64,000 bases of DNA, from contig JANOAV010000057.1 in NCBI GenBank assembly GCA_031411295.1, positions 4,379 through 68,378 on the forward strand. Direction: 5' to 3'. The position numbers were made by a program, and so were the translations under genes. The notes under the pieces are model-generated. The model saw only the letters and a list, made by a program, of their open reading frames with translations. It was not told where the DNA came from and did no database searches. Positions 57,942 to 64,000 of this stretch are shown here, piece by piece (the stretch's first letter is position 1; each line of letters opens with the position of its first letter). Origin of the DNA: Verrucomicrobiales bacterium (GTDB lineage: Bacteria; Verrucomicrobiota; Verrucomicrobiia; Verrucomicrobiales; V1-33).

Positions 57942-59053
57942 GCGTGACGGAAATAGCGATCCACGGCCCCGATGATCCTCTGGACATGTTCTTCCGTGAG
58001 CCACCAACCCACAGGAATACAGACTTGATGGGCGGAAAATTGATCCACTCCCGGTAGATCCGTGCGGAAATCCCAGAACACCGTGTGCCCGTCATTTCTC
58101 GCATGAACTTGCGAAGTCATGATGTCCTGCTCGGTCATGTAACGCACGAAATCCGCCCGATCTGGAACTAAAAAGGTAAACAACCAATGCGCAGACTCCC
58201 GATCCTTCTGGTAATCTAACAAGGTCAACCCTTTCGATGCCAAGGGCGCGAAGGCCTCGCGATAGCTGGCCGCGTGGCGCTGATGGGCACCCACGATTCT
58301 GGCAGCATGGTCTAACTGGGCGATGCCGATAGTGGCAGCCACATCGTTCATATGAAATTTGTAGCCATATTCCACCACGTCTTCCTCACAGCGGAAATCC
58401 TTGCGGGGAACGTCCCGGTCGATCCCATACCAGCGCAGTAATTTTCCTCGACGATAGGTGGAGGCATCACGGCAAATCAAGGCCCCTCCATCAACCGTCG
58501 TAATATGCTTGATCGCTTGGAAGGAAAAGGTGGTGAAGTCTGGAATCGCCCCCAAATATCGTCCCTGATACTTCGCCCCGAAAGCATGCGCCGCATCTTC
58601 AATCAGGGCCAGGCCATGCGCATCTGCTACCGCCCGCAATTCATTGAGATCGCAGGGATACCCGCCCCAATCCACACACACAATCGCCTTGGTCTTGGCG
58701 GTAACTTTTTGCGCCACGCTCTGGGCGCAGATGTTCCCGGTCAGGGGATTGATGTCGGCCCATACGATACGCGCGCCCATGGCCATGATGGGCACGTTGG
58801 TGGCCATGCAGGTCATGGGGGTGGAGATCACTTCATCTCCAGGTTCAACGCCGGCCAGGCGCAGCGCCAACTGCAGGGCGGAGGTGCCGGAATTTAACGA
58901 CAGCACGTAGGGCGATGAGACCCATTGTTGCAGCTTAAGCTCAAAGGCTTCCACCTGCGGCCCCTGGCCAATGAAGCCGCAGCCCAAAACGTTAGCGCTT
59001 TGCGCGATCGCTTCAGGAGACATGAAAACACTAAACAATGGAATGACGGACAC
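57938..59053 (-). CDS. DegT/DnrJ/EryC1/StrS-family PLP-dependent sugar aminotransferase
   Basis: 'SLNSGTSALQLAL', 'DEVISTPMTCMATN', 'LIEDAAHAFGA', 'SFQAIKHITTVDGGALI' (PLP Lys). Confidence 0.9.
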   Translation of the reverse strand: MSVIPLFSVFMSPEAIAQSANVLGCGFIGQGPQVEAFELKLQQWVSSPYVLSLNSGTSALQLALRLAGVEPGDEVISTPMTCMATNVPIMAMGARIVWADINPLTGNICAQSVAQKVTAKTKAIVCVDWGGYPCDLNELRAVADAHGLALIEDAAHAFGAKYQGRYLGAIPDFTTFSFQAIKHITTVDGGALICRDASTYRRGKLLRWYGIDRDVPRKDFRCEEDVVEYGYKFHMNDVAATIGIAQLDHAARIVGAHQRHAASYREAFAPLASKGLTLLDYQKDRESAHWLFTFLVPDRADFVRYMTEQDIMTSQVHARNDGHTVFWDFRTDLPGVDQFSAHQVCIPVGWWLTEEHVQRIIGAVDRYFRHA

Positions 59054-59237
59054 AGATACAGATGGTGGAGGTTGAAGCCTGGGTAATAACGGGACTGGGT
59101 TTTGGCATGCGGAGTGCCTGCGGGAACTCGATCAATGAACCGGGAGCCCGCCCTGCAGCCAGCCTATTGTTGCCAGATCATCCGTAGTCAAGGATCGCAA
59201 AGTAACAAATGACGAAAATCCCCGTTTTTTCGAGCGG

Positions 59238-60020
59238 CTAGGGATCTTTTCCCGACTGCTCGTGTTCGTAGAGGCGGCTGTAGCGGATGAAGGTTTGATA
59301 CGCGGTGCTGATGGCGATCCAGAATCCTGCGAATCCATCGAGAAAGCCGCGGCGGAAAAAATAGGCCCGCACGAAGCGCCACCAGGGACGGAACAGCGTG
59401 GCCAGCAGGCTCCAGCGTTTCCCTTCACTTTGCTGCCGACCCAGGTAAGCATCGCTAAACACGTTAATTTTTTCGATGTAGCGATTTATGTTAGGAAAAG
59501 AAAAGTGATGCAGATCGGATTTCATTTCCAGAACGCGCGATCCATTGGGGAGTTCCATTTTATCATGCTCTGGACTTCCTCCCCACTTGGCTCCCTCGCG
59601 TCTCACCAAACGGAGCTTTCGGTCAGGATACCAATCGCCATGAGTGATCCAACGTCCCATGAACCATACTTTGCGGGGGAAGCTGGCACCTTGAAACTGC
59701 TCGCATTGCGCACTGCTGAAGAAGTGCAAAATTTCCGCCAGCAGTTCTGGAGAGAGTGCTTCATCCGAATCCAACGCCAACACCCAGGGCTGGGTGCACT
59801 GGCCGAGCGCGACATTTTTTTGATCACGAAATCCCAACCAATCTTGGTGGGACCAATGCGCCCCATATTGTTGGGCGATGACTTCGGTGCCATCCGTGGA
59901 TCCTGAGTCCACCACGATGATCTCCGCCGCAAGGCTTTGGAGGCTGGCCAGGCAGCGCGCCAGATTGACTTCCTCATTGCGGGTCACAATGGGGATGGAG
60001 ATGGGTAAGGGTAAATTCAC
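59238..60020 (-). CDS. Glycosyltransferase family 2 (LPS-core type)
   Basis: 'ISIPIVTRNEEVNLARCLASLQSLAAEIIVVDSGSTDGT' and 'LALDSDEAL'. Confidence 0.85.
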   Translation of the reverse strand: MNLPLPISIPIVTRNEEVNLARCLASLQSLAAEIIVVDSGSTDGTEVIAQQYGAHWSHQDWLGFRDQKNVALGQCTQPWVLALDSDEALSPELLAEILHFFSSAQCEQFQGASFPRKVWFMGRWITHGDWYPDRKLRLVRREGAKWGGSPEHDKMELPNGSRVLEMKSDLHHFSFPNINRYIEKINVFSDAYLGRQQSEGKRWSLLATLFRPWWRFVRAYFFRRGFLDGFAGFWIAISTAYQTFIRYSRLYEHEQSGKDP

Positions 60021-60211
60021 TCCACTGCTTCATCGCAAATGCGCGAAAATCCAAGTCCTAATTCATTCGCAAGTTTAAGTTGGGAAGCTCAATTTTGAGA
60101 AAAGAAAATGCGATTTTCTAAGTGCACTGCAATTGACAAATCGTTCGACCCAAAGAAGTGTTCGGCACACCAGAGACCTTTTCAACCAATCCCCTAACGC
60201 CCCCAAACGCT

Positions 60212-61468
60212 ATGGCCTTCCGCCTTGATAAAGTAATCGTTCGTGGAGAAATCTCCAATCAGGTCCGTGGCCAGGTCACTGGAAAGCTCTGGCTGTTGGG
60301 CCGTAAGGAGCCAGTGGAAATCGCGCTGAAAGGAAATTGCCTGCGGGACTTGGCTGGGTGCCGTTTAACTTTTGAGAACCCATTGCCACAGCGTGAACCG
60401 CAGAGCGAGCAGCTTGCGCCACAGCAAAAGGGGCTGACTGGAGACATGACAGCGTCCCGTAAGGCCAAGGTGCCAACCGTGAACGATGATGAGTTGATTC
60501 AGCTCCTGCACAGCAAGACTCCAGTGCCGTATGTCTTTGCGAATATTTTGTATCTCGAATGGTTCAGCGAAGCCAATGGCCGCGTGGTAGTGGAGAGTTC
60601 TGGTTTCCGTCTGGAAATCTCTGAACCGCTCTGGAGCATGACGGTGCTCGAGGAGGAAACCCAGGTGGGTGAGAGTCAGGAAAATTTCTATCGTTTCCTG
60701 GACCAACTAACGGGCGTGGCCAATGTGGATGATGATGAAGAGGAGTTCCTTCAGGAGGAGGACGAGGACGAGGAAGATGATGACGAGATGGATAATGAGT
60801 GGGACACAATGGTTGAAGATGAACCGCTCAATGAATTCGAGTGGGAGCAGGAACTGCGTGAAGCGGACCGGCGGGCGGAAGCCTATCAAGAAGCGTTTGA
60901 TCGCTACAAGGACTATCCGGAGAAGGATAAAGAACGCCTGATCGCTGAAGCCATGGGTTGGGACGTCGAGGAGATTGAAGAATTTCGTGACGAGTGGGAA
61001 GATGTGGCAGAAAGTTTCCAAGACACCGATCCTCAGGCCTTGATTGAGCAGGCGGATAGCTTGGTGGAGGATGATGATGAGGACATCCATCATCCGCTCA
61101 GCCGCCGCGCCATGCGGTTTGCCCTGCGCCTTCAGGAGGACGCAGAAAAACTGGGCATGTTTAATTTGGAGAAGGCCAGTAAGGACAGTCCGTTGCTCTC
61201 AGTTATCGTTAGCATTATTTCCCTCGGAGGAAAGTTGGCGGCGGCTTTGGATGGTGTGGCCATGGGTTACGATCCAGAGCCTGGCTTCATCATCGCGATG
61301 CTGAAGCGCTCGCAGATCCCGCTCAACGAAGCGCTGCATTCCCTTAGCTCGATTGACCCCAAGAGCCTCACGCCGGACACCCGCATGTGGTTGGCCACCG
61401 CCCGCTCGGAACTCTTCGATCTCCGCAAGGACATTCTGGATGTGATGAAGGAAATGCGGCAGAAATAA
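60212..61468 (+). CDS. Hypothetical highly acidic protein
   Basis: ATG at 60212. Central D/E-rich ~200 aa ('DDDEEEFLQEEDEDEEDDDEMDNEWD'). No recognisable domain. Confidence 0.55.
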   Translation: MAFRLDKVIVRGEISNQVRGQVTGKLWLLGRKEPVEIALKGNCLRDLAGCRLTFENPLPQREPQSEQLAPQQKGLTGDMTASRKAKVPTVNDDELIQLLHSKTPVPYVFANILYLEWFSEANGRVVVESSGFRLEISEPLWSMTVLEEETQVGESQENFYRFLDQLTGVANVDDDEEEFLQEEDEDEEDDDEMDNEWDTMVEDEPLNEFEWEQELREADRRAEAYQEAFDRYKDYPEKDKERLIAEAMGWDVEEIEEFRDEWEDVAESFQDTDPQALIEQADSLVEDDDEDIHHPLSRRAMRFALRLQEDAEKLGMFNLEKASKDSPLLSVIVSIISLGGKLAAALDGVAMGYDPEPGFIIAMLKRSQIPLNEALHSLSSIDPKSLTPDTRMWLATARSELFDLRKDILDVMKEMRQK

Positions 61469-61490
61469 GGCTTGGCTTTGGTCTCTGGCC

Positions 61491-61943
61491 TCAGCCAGCA
61501 AAGCTCTTCACGACCAGCACGGGACAGTGGGCGTGGCGCACCACCTGCTCGGCCGTGCTGCCCAGCAACATTCGTTTCAAGCCAGTGTAACCATGACTGG
61601 CGATGACGATGAGGTCACTCTGGGCTTCCTTGGCCACGTCACAAATGGTAGGCCAAGGATGACCTTCCTCCATGCGGGTAGTTACGCTAACCCCGGCTGG
61701 GACCTTGGTGGCGGCAGCTTCGAGTTCTTGCTGCAGAGCTTTGCGTTGCGCAGGATCGATTGGCAGGATCACCGGTGGCACCACAAAGGGGCCAACATCT
61801 CCCTGCATGATTAGATTCGGCGGCTGCACATAGACCAAGGTCAGGGAGGAGCCAATCACTTGGGCCAAGTTTCCCGCAGCATGCAAAGCCGCTAACGAGT
61901 GGTCAGAGAAGTCAATGGGAACAAGGATTTTTTGAAAGTTCAT
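61491..61943 (-). CDS. Universal stress protein (UspA family)
   Basis: 'ILVPIDFSDHS' and 'DLIVIASHGYTGLKRMLLGSTAEQVVRHAHCPVLVV'. Confidence 0.85.
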   Translation of the reverse strand: MNFQKILVPIDFSDHSLAALHAAGNLAQVIGSSLTLVYVQPPNLIMQGDVGPFVVPPVILPIDPAQRKALQQELEAAATKVPAGVSVTTRMEEGHPWPTICDVAKEAQSDLIVIASHGYTGLKRMLLGSTAEQVVRHAHCPVLVVKSFAG

Positions 61944-62037
61944 GGCGTGGCTGGGTCAGAGTTTAAATTTTGCTAGTGATTTGGGATAAGCCCTGCCGGG
62001 GCACTCGGAAGGTGTGCCACGGCAAGGCTGTGGAGGG

Positions 62038-62520
62038 TCAACTTTCGTCCGCCTGCATTCCTTTGTGGTATTCGGAGTAAATGAAAATGGGGATTTTGAG
62101 TTCTCCCAGATGATGTTTGATGAGCGTTAAAACCTCAGGCCAGTCCAAGCCTCCTACTCCTGTGGCCAAGCGTGGCAGGGCAATGCTGTTAAATTTTTCT
62201 GTGATGGCCAGACGATGCAACGCGCGGAGGGCGTGGTTGACATTTTCGATCGAAGCCTTGCCTGGATGCCCTCCTTCCTGGCGGGCGGGTGCTTGGGTAA
62301 AGAGATTGGCGACCCGCCGTCCGGGACCTGACCACAGCCAGAGGCCGCCCACCGTGGGGTTCTCCAGATGGCAATAGTGGCGGAAATCCTTCACCGTGGC
62401 GGGCCACTCCTCACGGAGACTGAGCGCCAGCCCGCTCGTGAAATGATCCCCGGGGGCCAGTCCGTGGGCAATGACTTCGGCTTGGGTCAACAGGATATCT
62501 CCACTTACTTCTTTAATCAT
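62038..62520 (-). CDS. Stand-alone macro domain protein (ADP-ribose binding/hydrolase family)
   Basis: ATG at 62520. 'MIKEVSGDILLTQAEVIAHG', 'GLALSLREEWP' and 'FNSIALPRLATGVGGLDW' fit the macro domain pattern. Confidence 0.8.
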   Translation of the reverse strand: MIKEVSGDILLTQAEVIAHGLAPGDHFTSGLALSLREEWPATVKDFRHYCHLENPTVGGLWLWSGPGRRVANLFTQAPARQEGGHPGKASIENVNHALRALHRLAITEKFNSIALPRLATGVGGLDWPEVLTLIKHHLGELKIPIFIYSEYHKGMQADES

Positions 62521-62695
62521 GATCGATGGGGTTTGGGTTTGCTTGGGGAAGGCTTCGGCAGGATGTCCGCGCTTCCTTCCACGCCCTACCTTAATCGACG
62601 ACAGGGCACACGCCACGCAGCCATTCCGAAACGCTGAGCGCTTATTCCGTTGTCGGTTATTCCCCCCCTGATGCGCCTGTCTTATTTTTGCTGTT

Positions 62696-62878
62696 TTGGT
62701 GGTATGCTTGCATTCCCTGATCACTGGAACGACCGTGAAGGAACCCATCCATGCCTTGGACTGGTGTCCCACGCTCTTGAAATTAGCAGGGGCAAAAGTA
62801 GCTTCGGCCAATCTGGGGTTTAATTCAACTGGACTGCCAGACGGAAGAATGCCCGCTGGATACTCAGCAGGGGAATAG
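62696..62878 (+). pseudogene. Possible relic of a sulfatase gene (C-terminal fragment only)
   Basis: Translation 'VKEPIHALDWCPTLLKLAGAKV......LPDGRM' resembles the conserved sulfatase 'D(L/I)xPT(L/I)L(E/D)LAG' block followed by 'DG(R/K)S'. There is no upstream catalytic part, and it overlaps the end of the neighbouring minus-strand ORF. Confidence 0.3.
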
Positions 62879-64000
62879 AAGCGCGACGCAGCTGGAGCGA
62901 ACCGTTAGTCGAAAGCAGGGTGTCCGTGAATCCCGCCGGAGCCCCGACTTGCCCCGGGCCTTTCCAGTGAAATTGGTCCAGCGAGAGTTCCGCTCGGAAG
63001 GTAAGATCAGTCAACGCAGTGTTCTTGATGTAGTCAAAATTGGCCGCCGTGGCGGTGGTGGTCAATCTGGGACCTGGCGTGGCGGCTGAAAGCACTTGGG
63101 TGGGCGAACTGCCCATGGCGTATTCGTAGAAATTTTCCTGGCCGTCGGCATCGAAGTCTGCAGCTGGTGCGAGCGCAAGCGTTCCCGCCGGAAGAGCCTT
63201 GGCGGTTTCATACCCCCTGGCCCAAGCCATATAGCCAGACAGACCCTGGGCGGTAAAGGTCTGCCATCCAGAGGGCAAGCTCACCGTGCCATTGAGTGGT
63301 TCACAGCGGAAAATGGAAGTGCCCGCGCTGCCTGGGGTGTAGGTAGTTGCTTCGGTGTTAAGTGTGCTCACGACCAGAGGTGTCAGCGCAGCAATATCGG
63401 CAAACTGGATTGCATCCACAAACCACGCTGAAGAGCTATCCACATCTGGGAAATAGGCCCCTCCCGGCACCACCGCATAGCGCAGCCGCAGTCGAAAATA
63501 TTTTCCAGCCCATCCTGTAAGGTTGGCGTTTCGGGTCTTCCACGTGATTTCGCCCTGCGTATCAGTGCCATTTTGTGCGAAGACCGAAATCCAATCGCTG
63601 GCCCCCTCCTCCTTGATTTCCATGCGGGCCGTCTGGTCTGCGGTGGCCCAGCCAAGGCGGCTTTGGAATGCAATCCCGGGAGACGTGCCGGCCATGTAAA
63701 GCGTATTTAATTCCACGAACTGATCATATCCATCAGGCATCGCCAAATGAAACGAAGCACTGCCCTGCTGCTGCACATTAGGATCGACCAACGCATAACC
63801 CGGGGAGAGGGTTGGGGTCACCTTGGTGGTGTTCTCGCAATTTTCCGCCGGAGCGGCCGCTTTGCTGAAGGCTGTGAAGCGGTAACTGGAAATTCCCGGC
63901 ACCGCAGTGAAGGTCACGCTGGTGGGTAGGCTGACATAGCCCTGCGCAGCGGAGGTGAACACCGGAGCGGTGTAATTTAATTTGAGATCGAGTTTCACAT
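62820..64000 (-). CDS. Secreted beta-rich hypothetical protein, 5'-partial (continues beyond the window), with DxDxDG ... FFRL tail
   Basis: The ORF is open to the window end (its first codon is GTG at the edge). The C-terminus is 'DFDADGQENFYEYAMGSSP ... IQRAFFRLAVQLN'. Confidence 0.65.
   Translation of the reverse strand, partial: VKLDLKLNYTAPVFTSAAQGYVSLPTSVTFTAVPGISSYRFTAFSKAAAPAENCENTTKVTPTLSPGYALVDPNVQQQGSASFHLAMPDGYDQFVELNTLYMAGTSPGIAFQSRLGWATADQTARMEIKEEGASDWISVFAQNGTDTQGEITWKTRNANLTGWAGKYFRLRLRYAVVPGGAYFPDVDSSSAWFVDAIQFADIAALTPLVVSTLNTEATTYTPGSAGTSIFRCEPLNGTVSLPSGWQTFTAQGLSGYMAWARGYETAKALPAGTLALAPAADFDADGQENFYEYAMGSSPTQVLSAATPGPRLTTTATAANFDYIKNTALTDLTFRAELSLDQFHWKGPGQVGAPAGFTDTLLSTNGSLQLRRASIPLLSIQRAFFRLAVQLN

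Noticed and set aside
62038-62520. Macro domain as the antitoxin of a DarTG-like toxin-antitoxin pair
   Set aside because: There is no DarT-like or other ADP-ribosyltransferase ORF adjacent. The protein lacks the C-terminal DarT-binding extension.
62521-62811. N-terminal extension of the macro domain ORF (257-aa version)
   Set aside because: The extension is basic low-complexity sequence. The macro domain begins cleanly at 'MIKEVSGDIL' (ATG at 62520).

Overview
This is a gene-dense, moderately GC-rich chromosomal window. I call about 45 protein-coding genes. I found no rRNA, tRNA or CRISPR array by eye. All domain calls rest on motif recognition from memory, with no BLAST or HMM, so products are provisional and start codons are best guesses.

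Likely origin (inference): a PVC-superphylum genome, probably Verrucomicrobiota. The supporting content is giant secreted CotH/LTD/LamG and GH13 proteins with a shared C-terminal tail, PQQ-like beta-propellers, an ECF sigma plus Hanks kinase pair, a BatA-like vWA protein, a sulfatase relic and a RAYT of the 'GNLPHW' type.

Housekeeping genes: metH (5' partial), thiD, cyclophilin, leuB, 5-formyl-THF cyclo-ligase, heptose kinase, gatB, UDP-xylose synthase, an L,D-transpeptidase and a Usp.

Accessory genes and oddities, in rough order of interest:
- (1) A translationally coupled pair of P-loop ATPases at 31001-34742. They are 410 aa and an 838-aa ATPase-wHTH-TPR protein, with no recognisable effector. 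They sit in a visibly AT-richer islet between gatB and a BatA-like gene, behind an AT-rich leader carrying four copies of an ACAGATTTGTT-like 12-mer. This is my best candidate for an uncharacterised sensor or conflict system.
- (2) A REPIN-RAYT-REPIN unit sits in-frame and stop-free inside the interdomain linker of metH.
- (3) An ECF sigma is followed by a zinc-ribbon membrane Ser/Thr kinase with a large helical ectodomain, a cytoplasmic C39-like cysteine peptidase, and a 232-aa protein ending in FGGG plus a Ser-rich tail. Composition breaks sharply inside the kinase gene.
- (4) A four-gene MglA GTPase operon includes an MglB-like Roadblock protein and a 921-aa Pro-rich protein with 13 SPF motifs and a C-terminal Roadblock-like domain.
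- (5) Three unrelated large secreted proteins share a C-terminal DxDxDG...NLxEF...RRFxR tail.
- (6) A glycan cluster (GT4-FkbM fusion, double GT2, DegT aminotransferase plus GNAT), a frameshifted SGNH hydrolase, an S41 peptidase-like protein that appears to lack its Ser/Lys dyad, and a sulfatase gene relic.
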